DNA of 64,000 nt from Octopus sinensis (lineage: Eukaryota), in the NCBI RefSeq assembly GCF_006345805.1, contig NC_043003.1, positions 51,894,001 through 51,958,000 of the forward strand, written 5' to 3'. The first letter of the stretch is position 1, and every line of letters starts with the position of its first letter. Position numbers and translations under genes: made by a program. The notes beneath the pieces were generated by a model. That model was not told where the DNA came from. It worked only from the letters and a program-made list of their open reading frames with translations, and did not search any database. Of this stretch, positions 1-11,218 are shown piece by piece.

Positions 1-6
1 TATATA

Positions 7-48
<42 letters not shown>

Positions 49-79
49 TATATATGTGTGTGGTGTGTGTGGTGTGTGT

Positions 80-282
80 GTGTGTCTGTGTTTGTCCACG
101 TAGCATTGCTTGACAACCGATACTGGTGTGTTTACGTCCCCGTAACTTAGCAGTTCGGCAAAGGAGACCGATAGAATAAGTACTGGGCTTACAAAGAATA
201 AGTCCCGGGGTCGATTTGCTCGACTAAAGGCGGTGCTCCGGCATGGCCGCAGTCAAGTGACTGAAACAAGTAAAAGAATAAG
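80..282 (+). mobile_element. SINE family B, 3' half (5' half lies upstream of the window)
   Basis: Matches the 3' halves of copies at 13633-14062, 14979-15386, 22010-22484 and 51673-52076 (GACAACCGATRCTGGTGTGTTTACGTCCCCGTAACTTAG...GGCGGTGCTCC..CATGGCC..AGTCAA.TGACTGAAACAAGTAAAAGA); preceded by the family's internal (TA)n(TG)n tract. Confidence 0.85.
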
Positions 283-540
283 TGTCTCACTATACTCAGA
301 ACTACATTACCTAACGACTGGCCCTTTTAAAAAGAGAGAAAGGTGTGAGTTTTAGAGATAATCTTTTGTTATTTCTCGTTGGTCAAGTGAGCACGCAGAG
401 TCCCACCTTATTGGCGCCGCAGGTGGCGTATTGGCAAAATCGGCAGGACTTCACACAAAATTGTAGTGGTTCTTTTATATTCCGAGGTCACACACACACA
501 CACACACACACACACATCGGTTGTATCAATTTAACGGAGC

Positions 541-752
541 GGCGAGCTGGCAGAAACGTTAGCACGCCGGGCGAAATGCGTAGCCGTATTTCGTAACGTT
601 CTGAGTTCAAATTCCGCCGAGGTCGACTTTGCCTTTCATCCTTTCGAGGTCGATAAATTAAGTACCAGATACGCACTGGGGTCGATATAATCTACTTAAT
701 CCATTTGTTTGTCCCCTCTGTGTTTAGCCCCTCGTGGGTAGTAAAGAAATAT
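541..752 (+). mobile_element. tRNA-derived SINE family A
   Basis: GGCGAGCTGGCAGAA head, B-box-like GAGTTCAAATTCC, body GTCGACTTTGCCTTTCATCCTTTCG, 3' end GTGGGTAGTAAAGAAATA; more than 10 related copies in the window. Confidence 0.85.
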
Positions 753-1495
753 ATATTCCGAGGTCAAATCTCACTGCAGTTTACTTCGTCTTTCATTGTT
801 CTGAGGTCGATATAATAAAATACCATTTTACTAATGGAGCATTTTTAATATCCCTATAATGCATCTTAGATGTGAATGGAATTATAATAGAATGACTGGA
901 AGTGCTATATAGCAGGTTTTATAATGTAAACATGAATGTACGAAACATACTATGTAAAAAAGAAGAAAAAAACAACTTTCCAGTCCCCAGATTATATTTG
1001 CGGTAGTGTACGTTTGTTTTATGAATCTGTTTGTGCTGGTATATACTTGTGTTTTTTAGTAATTTTCTGAGCAAGGCAAGATAGAGTTTGTGTGACTGAG
1101 TGTGTTTCTTCACCTCTCAATGTATATTTAAGTGTGTGGATGTGTGTTCTTTTCGATTGTACGCAGTTCTCAGCTTATTTCTTTGTGTGGGTATGCGTGT
1201 GTGTTTATATGTTTATCAGTGTCTGTCCTCTTTTGAGCGCTTCTGTAATGCGCTTTCTATGTGTCTCTCCCACTCTTCGTATGTGTGGATGTGTGCGTGT
1301 ACGCATTATTATATATATGTGTGTGAGGGTGTAGGACTTTTTTTTTCCACATTTCTGTTTTCATCTGGTAGTGTATGTGTACGTATTTATATGAATGCGC
1401 TTAGGAATGTAAGGAAAGCGCCATAGCAACGGTAGGGGGTAAAAGATAGACAGTGTGAGACATATGTAAAGAGTAAACGAGAGACGGAGCGAGAA

Positions 1496-1533
<38 letters not shown>

Positions 1534-3100
1534 GGAGAGTGAGAGAGCAGTTGCCCACCCACGTTGAGCTCTCCTCCCTTCCACTCCTCGGGCTATTTGG
1601 ATAGCTACATGGTGGGTTGCAATGATGATCGTGGTGATAATGGTAGTGGTGGTGATGGTGGTAGTATGGTAAGTGAGTGAGAGCAGAGTAAAAGCTTTGT
1701 TTGGACGATGTGTGTGTGTGTAAAACAGGCTGATATGGACTGGGGTACATACGTACGCGCGTGCACACACACATGCTCATGAATATGTGTGTGTGGTGTG
1801 TGTGTGTGCGTGTGCGCGTTGGGTTTAGAAGATTTAACAGTAAAAGAGGGCAGAAAGGATGATAGGAAGTAGAGAAGAACTAATGGATGAATTTCTGAAA
1901 AAAATACTTACAATGCAAAGAACACTGTTTTCTCATAAACACACGCATACAAACGCATGCACACATACACACACTAACACACGCCCGTACACGGGCACAC
2001 ATACACACATACTTAGACACACAGGCATACATATTCACTTTGCCAACGTAACAGCAGTAAAACCGGTGTCCTTCTATAACCCTAGGTCTGTTTTGACCAA
2101 GCAAGCCAATGATCAAAGACATTACAGCAGAGATAATCTTTTCTTTAGATATATCAAAGACTACTTCACAAAATGTGTCCTTGTTGTTGTTAAGCCCCAT
2201 GACAATGCTGATTGAGTTGACTTATGATCAAAATCATTCTAGCCACAACCACACTCTTTTAGAAATATGTAAGACTATGTTATCTAATGTAAAATCCTTA
2301 TAGGTGCATCTACATTATGCGCATACATAAAAGTAATTGCAGTGAGCTTAAAAACCAGAGGAGAAAATCCCTCGCCACGCATGCGCCCATCCTAATTTCC
2401 TGTCATTTACCACAGTGTCAAAGCTTGTATTGACTAAGGGAGAAATAGCAACATTTTTCTTAGCCGCGAAAAAGAACTTTGTGCGAAACGTCAGAAAAAA
2501 GTCTTATTAATGACATACAATCTTTAAAAAAACCTTAAAATTTACCTATCACTTTCGAGAGCACATACAAAGCGTACTTCTACGTATACCAGACCAACCT
2601 GTCGCCAGCCACTTCAACACAACAAACAGGCCATTCCATCATTCATTTATCAGTGTGCAGCACCTATGTTCCACATACTCAAGGAAACGTTTCTAATTCG
2701 AACTTGCTCACCGACAAGTTTAAATGAACGTATTTCCTTCTACTTCTGTACCTCCTCATACTTCAGTAATCCATTTCTTATCCTATTCCATCCCTCACCG
2801 CATTTTTACCTTTCTCCACTCTCTCGCCTCCGCTCACTCCTCTCCTCACTCAATCCCTCTTTCCTTTTACCTCTCTTATCTAGTTTCTGTCTCCTACTAT
2901 TTCCTGTCCACCTAAAAGCTCCATGAACCTGTGCTCCTTATCAGTTGCAGCCAGTTTTTCTAACTTAGGGATGCAAAACCCTATTGTCTCTTTTTAATTT
3001 CCCTCCTGTCAACTTTTACTTGCAGAACAACACTGAAACGCTGAATTTTCACTTCCTACAACTCTTACGATATATATATCTATGTATATGGATATATAAG

Positions 3101-3606
3101 ATATATACATACATTATTAGATATGTATATCTATACACAAGTATACTACATGAGTACCTATATCGCTAAAAAATAGAAGTCGGAAAATAATTCTGTACCA
3201 CCGAATGATCACAAATCTATTTGGGGAAGAATGTTAGTAGTAATTTAGCTGGCAGACTTTGGCTGATGAGAAATCGGCCACCCATTTGGCACTAAATTTC
3301 GAAACCGGTACCAGGTTGACCAGCGTTTACTTGTTCTGACCCAGTAGAGGCAAGACATTATTATTGTTCACTGATATTTTTTTCTATTATGTCTGTAATA
3401 GATTTGTGATTATTAGGTGGTACAGAAGTATTTTTCGACTTGTATCTTTTAGCGATATAGGTACTCATGTAGTACCCTCGTGTATAAATGTACATATCTA
3501 ATATTGTATGTATATATTTTATTAATTTGCCTGTACGGCTGATAATTCGCTTACCACTCGTGTTGGTATTTTAATAATGTCATCCCTATATAATTATTCA
3601 TATGGA
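3101..3606 (+). mobile_element. Penelope-like or MITE-like fragment: ~120-bp inverted arms enclosing a hammerhead fold
   Basis: Arms 3101-3221 and 3397-3517 are reverse complements (about 85-90% by eye); hammerhead core lies in the spacer; TA-rich tracts on both sides. The Penelope assignment is inference. Confidence 0.5.
3248..3324 (+). ncRNA. Type I hammerhead ribozyme fold, intact core, GUA cleavage site
   Basis: CTGATGA 3263-3269; stem II GAAAT 3270-3274 / ATTTC 3296-3300; GAAA 3301-3304; palindromic minimal stem III ACCGGT 3304-3309; GUA 3308-3310; stem I TTTGG 3258-3262 / CCAGG 3311-3315 plus distal GCTGG 3248-3252 / CCAGC 3320-3324. Confidence 0.7.
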
Positions 3607-3610
3607 TATA

Positions 3611-3644
<34 letters not shown>

Positions 3645-4482
3645 ACATATATGTACATATATGGGTACAGGACTTCACCAACAGTAAACAACATAAAATG
3701 CGAAAATAAATGAGTTAAATCCGCAAACAACGAGAGAAAAAAGGAAGACAGGACAAGTAATATAAAGAACGACCCTTCATCCGTTATCGGCTATCTATCT
3801 ACTCCTTATTTCGAGCATTGAACGACAATATAAGTTTTCGAAGTCAGTTGCTCCCGTAGATACCAAAATAAAATTTTGGATTTATGGAGGGTCAAAGTTG
3901 GGAACAAAAACAGGACAGTGAAGATATACAAGGAAACCGAACGAAAACAAACATGGAGGGTCGTTAGACCAGAACGAGGGTAAAATAGAGAACACCTGAG
4001 AAATATTTTCTTTGACAAGAGAAAAGAGAAAGATATAGAAGACGTCCAGTCCTTTGGACGTCCTGAAGGAAAAGATAGATGGTCGGTGGTCATATGTGAG
4101 CAACGAGAGAGAGAAAAAGAGAAAGAGGGAGACAGACAGACAGGCAGAAAACGGTGAAGGGGAGAAAAGGGAATTAGAGAAGGATGGGGTGGGGGATGAC
4201 CCCTAAATCTCTCTCTCTCTCTGTTTATCTCCTCGTGTTCCTTTCTGTTGAAGAGCTTAGGCTTGAAACATAAAGCACTTTCTCACCTTCCCGAGTGTCA
4301 AACTAATACACCTGCTTGTTGTTTATACACCTATCTTCGTCTTTTGTTTTTCTGTAAATTTCAACTATATCTGTGTGTGAGTGTGTGTGTGTGTGTGTGC
4401 GTGCGTATGTATGTATGTATGTATTATGTACGTAATGTATGTATGTATGTATTTATGTATGTATGTATGTATGTATCAGACT

Positions 4483-5604
4483 CGAAAAAACTGTTGACAT
4501 GTACCAACCTGCCCCTGGTAAGCAGTATAGGGAACCAAATATCTATGTGTATGGTAAACGACTTGATGTAGTTGATCAGTTTGTCTACCTGAGAAGCACT
4601 GTTAATAGATACAGCAATTTGGATAGTGAAATTCCATACAGAATTAGGAAAGCCAGTGATGCTTTCGGAAGGCTAGAAAGGCGCCTCTGGAGTCGGTGAG
4701 ACATATGCAGGAATACAAAGATAAAAGTGCACAAGGTGTGCGTGCTTTCTTCTCTTCTTTATGCCTGCGAGACCTGTGGCACGTATCGATACCGCCTTAA
4801 GCAGCTGGAACGTTTCCATTAGATGTGTCTCAGACGGATCTATGGCATTAATTGGGAGGACCGCATTAGTGATCTTGAGATATTGGTGTGAAAGTATAGA
4901 AGCTCTTGTGTTGAAGCAAAGGCTCAGATGGAGTGGTCATGTGGTCAGGATGAAAGAGTCAAGGATGCCAAAACAACTCCTTTATGGAAAGTTAGATTAA
5001 GGAGAACGACCTCCACATAAACCAAAAAAAAAAAAGAGGTATAAAAACTTGCTGAAGGCTTCCTTGAAAGATGCTAGCATCCCTCCTGAAAAATGGGAGG
5101 GCATAGCTAATGACGGTAGCAGATGAGGGGGACAGCTACTTTTGAGAAATCTTAAATTGCGCATGAGAAAGTAAGGAGGGATATCAGGAAGGGCATCGGT
5201 GTTGTACTTCCAGACGGTAAGGGTCTTCCTATGACCCTGACATGCAGTGTCTGTGCAAAACTCTGCCTCAGTCAAGCTAAGCTCATGAGTCATCTTCGTA
5301 GTCATAAAGCGTGACCGATGCTTGACTACCAAGCTGCTGGTGGTGGTGCTACACACCATACTAATCATATCTGTCGGGCATTTGGAAGGGAGTGTGATTC
5401 AGCGGGAGGACTTAAACGACATGCAAACGTACATGGAACCCGATTACAATTACAGCCGGCTATTGCTAGTAAAGGTTTTAGCTGCCAATTCTGTCCAAGA
5501 CATTGTAGATCTTTAGCTGGGTTAAAAAGTCACATTCGATCACAGCATCGTTAACAGTTAAGCCTCGTGCAATGGCCATACTCGATAACAAGGGGGCAGC
5601 CATC
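4483..5604 (+). mobile_element. 5'-truncated RTE-clade LINE (post-RT region and C-terminus) with a 12-bp TSD
   Basis: Translates to VDQFVYLRST...EIPYRIRKASDAFGRLERRLW, LLYACET, LRWSGHVVRMKESRMPKQLLYGKL (RTE-typical); several stops and frameshifts; TSD ATGTATCAGACT at 4471-4482 and 5605-5616. Confidence 0.88.
5231..5554 (+). pseudogene. Three tandem C2H2-type zinc fingers at the C-terminus of the RTE ORF
   Basis: Same frame throughout: CSVC-x12-HLRSH (5243-5305), in-frame TGA 5312-5314, CRAF-x12-HANVH (5372-5434, second Cys lost), CQFC-x12-HIRSQH (5483-5548). Confidence 0.8.
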
Positions 5605-6029
5605 ATGTATCAGACTACTCTGTATTAGTCTGGGTGTGCCGACGTTGAGAGAATTTTTGTTTAGCAGGCAATACAAATTTAGCGAATTTTCAGGATAGAA
5701 AATTTTCCAAAATGTATCAGCACTCCAGATTTCAGTTGATACAAGTCTTCAGCTTCCTATACATTTATTGAGAGGCTGCAAGCCGACATCGTACATTGAT
5801 TTAAAAATTATGCCTAATTTTCTGGATATTTTCTAGGAAATGAGCCACCAGAGATTTGACATACAGCGGCACTGCCAAATGGATCCTTAGTTAGGTTCAA
5901 TAATTCATTACCCACTTTTTTGCTGATATTCATTCGACCTACGAGTTCACTTGGCCGCCCTTTCAAGTACGGCATCTAGAAATAATGCTAATAATTAGAA
6001 CGAGTGCTTGGCTGTTCTTTTCTTCATGG

Positions 6030-6562
6030 GCGACCAGAAAGGGAACCGAATTGTGCCTCCCAAGAGAGATCGTGGTAGACATACCAGTTCGAAACAACTA
6101 ACTTATCGTCACAAATTTGAGTGGGACTCGTTAGCTAGCTCTTCTCACAAACTTTATGGCAACTCTTCACACCGAGCTCTTGAGGGAAAGCTAATCACTT
6201 TAAAACATGAACTGAGGATGATGAGCGAGAATCTCCGCTATCGTTAGCGAATTTTTGAACAAGCCAGTATCAATCGCAAGTTTGCTTCCAATCCACAAAT
6301 ATACAGAGAGATGAGGAAGGAGAATATTACCATTAAGAAAGCTCCATCCCAAAAAGATCTACAATCATTCTGGTCATAAATTTGAAACGAAAAGAAGGTT
6401 TTCAACCTGAATGAATCATGGTTAAATACAATTGAGAGAGAATACTGTACCAACACTAACAGTAAAACATACAAAATAGATGCAGAAACTTTCGCTATAG
6501 CAGTAGATAAACTGCAGAATGGGAAGGCACCTGGAAGGGAAATAATAGTTGGATTTTTTCTT
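6030..6562 (+). mobile_element. Decayed R4/Dong-like (RLE-type) non-LTR retrotransposon fragment, region just upstream of the RT domain
   Basis: Frame +2: YREMRKENITIKKAPSQKDLQSFWS*I*NEKKVFNLNESWL...AVDKLQNGKAPGREIIVGFF, resembling the FWS.IW...WL...L.NWKAPG.D.I.GFW pattern of R4-clade elements; ends at (TA)n near 6566. Confidence 0.55.
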
Positions 6563-7059
6563 GTTATATATATATATATATGTATTAAGTGGGTCTCTAT
6601 GCATGTACGTTTGTATGTATCTGAAAAGCAAAGCATTAACGATTACAAGCACTAATTCAAGGTGAGGAAGGACTGTAAGACGACTCACTATGTTAGACAT
6701 AAGCAGAAGTAGCATATCCCGATAATGTTAAGTGGCTGATGAATTAACTGTAAAACAAGTAAGATGCTCGCAAAGAATGAACAGCACAATTTAGATAGCA
6801 GATAAACATTGGAATACCTAATATGAGAAAGAGTCGCTCGCACGCTGCATTATAATCTGTGACAAGGCCACCCAGTATGCGAAAGGACCGAGATAGCGTT
6901 CCTTCTGCAGGGTTGTTATTCCTTTAAATGTCAAATTCGATGTTAATATAATTTGCATTAAAATCTAAGACAAAATGCAGCATGTCATAAGTGTGGTGCA
7001 CTAATGTTCAAAAGGTTATTAGTGGGATCCCAAGTGCACTTTAAAGGTGAAATACTCTC

Positions 7060-7092
7060 TATGTGTGTATATGCAGAAAGTGTATGTGTATG

Positions 7093-7157
<65 letters not shown>

Positions 7158-7195
7158 GCATACATACATATATATATATATTATATATTATATAT

Positions 7196-7288
<93 letters not shown>

Positions 7289-7528
7289 GTATATATAATA
7301 TATATGTATGTATATATATATATGTATGTATGTATGTATGTATGCATGCATGTATGTATGTATGTATGTGTATGTGTGTGTGCATGTATATATATATAAT
7401 GACTTACATAAATTTTATTCAAAATTACTTTCTATGATATCATATATGCACACACGCACATGCATCCACACACAGACACAGACACACACAACACACACAT
7501 ACATACGTATACACATGCATACATATAT

Positions 7529-7582
<54 letters not shown>

Positions 7583-7600
7583 TGTGCGTGTGTGTATATA
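7060..7600. repeat. Compound (TA)n/(TATG)n/(CA)n microsatellite
   Basis: Direct reading. Confidence 0.95.
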
Positions 7601-8957
7601 TAATATCATAGAAAGTAATTTTGAATAAAATTTATGTAAGTCATTTTTAACACGTTCGAGTGTATTCGGACGTAATAAGACCTTTCGCCACGGAAATGGT
7701 CTCAGAAGAAAATTCTCCGCCTAGGCATGTCAGTAAGAGAAATATTTGCTTAGTGAACCAGCCCCCTCCCACACACACACAGACTCACACACACACACGC
7801 ACCGGTTTGAAGAATAGGCTCTGTCTACCGAAGCTATACACAAAGCATTGGTCAAACCGAGACCGTAAGTCGCAGAAAATATAAATCCGAAATAACGCGC
7901 AGAGTGCAAATCTAATCCTCAACCACGTGACCTTCATAACCGTGCGGTCATGTCAAGCACTTGTGCTTTGGTTTATTTTAGCTATCACGGCCAAGGTTAT
8001 TCTAGAACGCTGCCTTCATATTATATGATTATTATAGAACTAGACAATATACATACATACACACACACACATATGTGTATATATATATTCATATATATAT
8101 ACATATGCATATGCATATATATATTTATATATACATATGATATATATATATGATATACAATTTTATCTAGGGCTGCTATTACCTCATGTCACAGCTCGTT
8201 AAACATGTCAGAAAAAGAGAGAGGACAAAAATGAGGGAGAGGAAGAGTAAGAAAAACAGTGCTGCTTAACTTCATATATATTACGTAATTTTCTCCTTTA
8301 ACTAATTGTGAAATCTACACACCGTCGTGTAAACTTATAGCGAAAATTGACTGGTTCTTATTTGTTTTCGTTGGTTTTTAGTCATTGGACTGTGGCTGTG
8401 CTGGAGTATAGCCATCAAGAACTGTATACGAACACAGTGACTCCGGTATTTTTCAGAACACTCGCTCAGTTTCATTGCTCAGCACCTTGAGCATGTGTCG
8501 TCTATTATAGCTCCGTGTGTGAATTTAGTAGAGACTGTATGGAAGTCAGTCGTATATACATACACACACGCACGCATATATATATACCGTTGGCGATTTT
8601 TTTTCCTCTGTCTTCTCTTCTCTGGATCTTTCCTTCTCCTATGTTTCCGGCGAAGAGCTCCGCTCGAAACGTTAAACCCTCCTACTTTCCTTCTTTCCTG
8701 AGCGTCCAATAATACTATATTTGTTCCACGTCCTCGCGTTGTTGTGTTTTTTGTGCTTTTTTTGTGCTTTCTTGTTTGGATTAACTATATATATATATAT
8801 ATATATATAACTTATAAAATAAAATAAGGGCAAAAGAAAATATTATTCTAATGCCGAATATGCCCAAAATAGACAAATTGTTAATAACCATTATAATTTA
8901 TCACAATTAACATGCGTCTCGAAACAAGCCGATAGAAATTTCTAAAAAATTCCGTTA

Positions 8958-9018
8958 TTACCGCATTGGTCCCAATTTCAGAGCTAATTCATAAGAATTT
9001 TCTCCTCCTCAGCGATAA
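8958..9018 (-). ncRNA. Type I hammerhead fold with non-cleavable G17
   Basis: Minus strand: stem I TTATCG (9013-9018) / CGGTAA (8958-8963); CTGAGGA (9006-9012); stem II GGAG/CTCT with inner AATTC/GAATT hairpin; GAAA (8976-8979); stem III ATTGG/CCAAT; the cleavage triplet reads AUG instead of NUH. Confidence 0.5.
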
Positions 9019-9260
9019 ATACGTAAGACATAAATGAAATACTTACTCATACCCATGGAAAAAGCGAGCACTAAGTCCTGAGCAGACCTAAGTACCCCAA
9101 ATATATCCAAAATAGAAAATCTTCAGCACATCTCGAGACACGTGTGATTCGAACTAGAAACCTTCACAGAGTGATAGAGTCCGGAAGTGAACACTATTAA
9201 ATTTATATCTAATATAGGATAAAATTTTTCTAAAAAAAATTTTTTCGAAAAATTTTATCC

Positions 9261-9268
<8 letters not shown>

Positions 9269-9307
<39 letters not shown>

Positions 9308-9346
9308 TTTATATATATATTATATATATTATATATTATATATATA

Positions 9347-9384
<38 letters not shown>

Positions 9385-9394
9385 TATATTATAT

Positions 9395-9457
<63 letters not shown>

Positions 9458-9458
9458 A
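9269..9458. repeat. (TA)n microsatellite
   Basis: Direct reading. Confidence 0.95.
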
Positions 9459-9490
9459 AAAAATGGAGTTAACGCAGGTGTAAACAAATA

Positions 9491-9587
9491 TTTTTACTTT
9501 CGACACATGTTTCGAAAATTCCACTGATACTATTCAAAAGAATAAATGGTATAAACAATCCAATCTTCTCCTCAGGAAAGTGAAAAA
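9491..9587 (-). ncRNA. Type I hammerhead ribozyme fold, intact core, GUC cleavage site
   Basis: Minus strand: stem I ACTTTC (9576-9581) / GAAAGT (9496-9501), 6 perfect bp; CTGAGGA (9569-9575); stem II GAAGATT (9562-9568) / AATTTTC (9514-9520); GAAA (9510-9513); stem III ACA-TG-TGT; GUC at 9502-9504. Confidence 0.72.
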
Positions 9588-9997
9588 ACGAAACTCGTCA
9601 ATAAGACATTTTAGCAAAAAATGATGGATTTGTATAGCGATAGACAGAACGCTATTAATATTGTTAAAAAAACGTTATATGATATAACGTCATAAGTAGC
9701 TAACAGAAAGAGTAGGGATATTAATAGTGAATGTTAAATATAAAGGAAATTAAAGTTTAAACTTTATATAATGATAGAGACTACTTATATAACAAATAGT
9801 GAGGGATTATCAATCCGGGCAAACTACTTCATAGGTACTCTGTTGGCACTTCAGTCTAACAATATTAGATTAGTGAAGAACTCCAGGTAATCTTTTGGTA
9901 GGATCCAAGGTTAAGTTTCATCACAATACTATATTGTAAATCCGTGGAAGGGCTCCAGACAAACTTGTTTTATACAGAGTGATATATAAGAAAGAAG

Positions 9998-10463
9998 TAA
10001 AAAATAATGGTCATTATATATTTTTCCTTTATTGGAACAAATGCGGCTTATAGCTGTTTCCAGTAGTCGTTATAGGAAATTAATGCTACTTTCCGTCAGA
10101 GCCATTTCTGGTTATAACAAGCCGGAAGGAGAGAGGAGAAGATGGGAATATTAAAGTAGAATAAAGAACAGAGGTCTTGTAGAAGACCAGCCTTCCTCTG
10201 TGCTCTATTCCACTTGAATATTTCCATCTCCTCCCACCTTCTTCATACAATAGCCATTCATTCCCCCAGTGCTCTGCTTGTAATAACCAGAAATGGCTCT
10301 GACGAAAGTAGCATCAATTTCCTTAGGTCATTCAATTATCCTCAGTTGATCAATAGACCAATTCAGTAAACCTATCAGAAATGTACCTATAATGATTACT
10401 GGAAACAGTTGTAAGCCAAATTTGCTCCAATAAAGAAAAAATATGTAATAACCACTATTTTAA
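9998..10463. repeat. Degenerate foldback (long inverted repeat, MITE-like)
   Basis: Left arm 9998-10174 is the reverse complement of right arm 10195-10463 (about 80%, two insertions in the right arm); 20-nt loop. Confidence 0.75.
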
Positions 10464-10490
10464 ATTTGTTTCTCATATATATATAATATA

Positions 10491-10530
<40 letters not shown>

Positions 10531-10812
10531 GGGTAACAGTAGAGACTCAATTCCGACTTAACGAGGCGCCTCAGTTTAAGTACCTCATTCAAATGTATGT
10601 ACGCACTCGTGTCCAAGCCATATTCTATACACATGCAGACGAGGTTCGAATCATATGAAAAAGAAGATGAACAGAATAACATGACAACTTGCTTATCGGG
10701 AAATTTCTAAGTTTGATTAATTTTTTTAAGTATCACCATTATGGGTATTTATACTCCGGTGGAATTAAGAAATCAAGTCGTAAATAAGCGAAATCCTCGA
10801 ATCCATAACTGT

Positions 10813-10860
<48 letters not shown>

Positions 10861-11029
10861 AGTCGCATATCTAAGTATGTATGTATGTATGTACACACAC
10901 GTATTTACACGCATAGGTACACCATGATCTATATACATGCAGACGAGGGTCGATTCATATGAAAAAGAAAGTGAACAAAATAATATGACCGCTTGCTTAT
11001 TGGGAAATTCTTACATTCGATTTTTTTAA

Positions 11030-11218
11030 AAATTACATATTTTTTGTTGAAGATAATCAAACCAAATGTTCATTTCAAGCCACTCACCCAATGAGTATTT
11101 CTGCCAAATGTAGTGAAAATCCGTTCAGCCGTTTTCCAGTAATTTTGCAAACATACAGGCAAACAGACTAAGACGAGTGACTACAATACCCTGCTTTCGC
11201 TTACGAGTGTAGGGTAAT
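11030..11218 (+). mobile_element. Helentron/HINE (DINE-1-like) non-autonomous 3' end
   Basis: AAAATCCGTTCAGCCGTTT...ACAAACAGAC-like spacer followed by a terminal stem-loop TACCCTGC (11187-11194) / GTAGGGTA (11209-11216); architecture resembles DINE-1/HINE 3' ends. Confidence 0.45.

Noticed and set aside
4245-4275. Hammerhead-like cores at 4245, 8645-8675, 28207-28245 and ~45345-45395
   Set aside because: Core bases or stems are broken; these are probably decayed relatives and are not supportable as ribozymes.
5318-5554. Host C2H2 zinc-finger gene
   Set aside because: It is in frame with the RTE C-terminus and inside the LINE's TSD.
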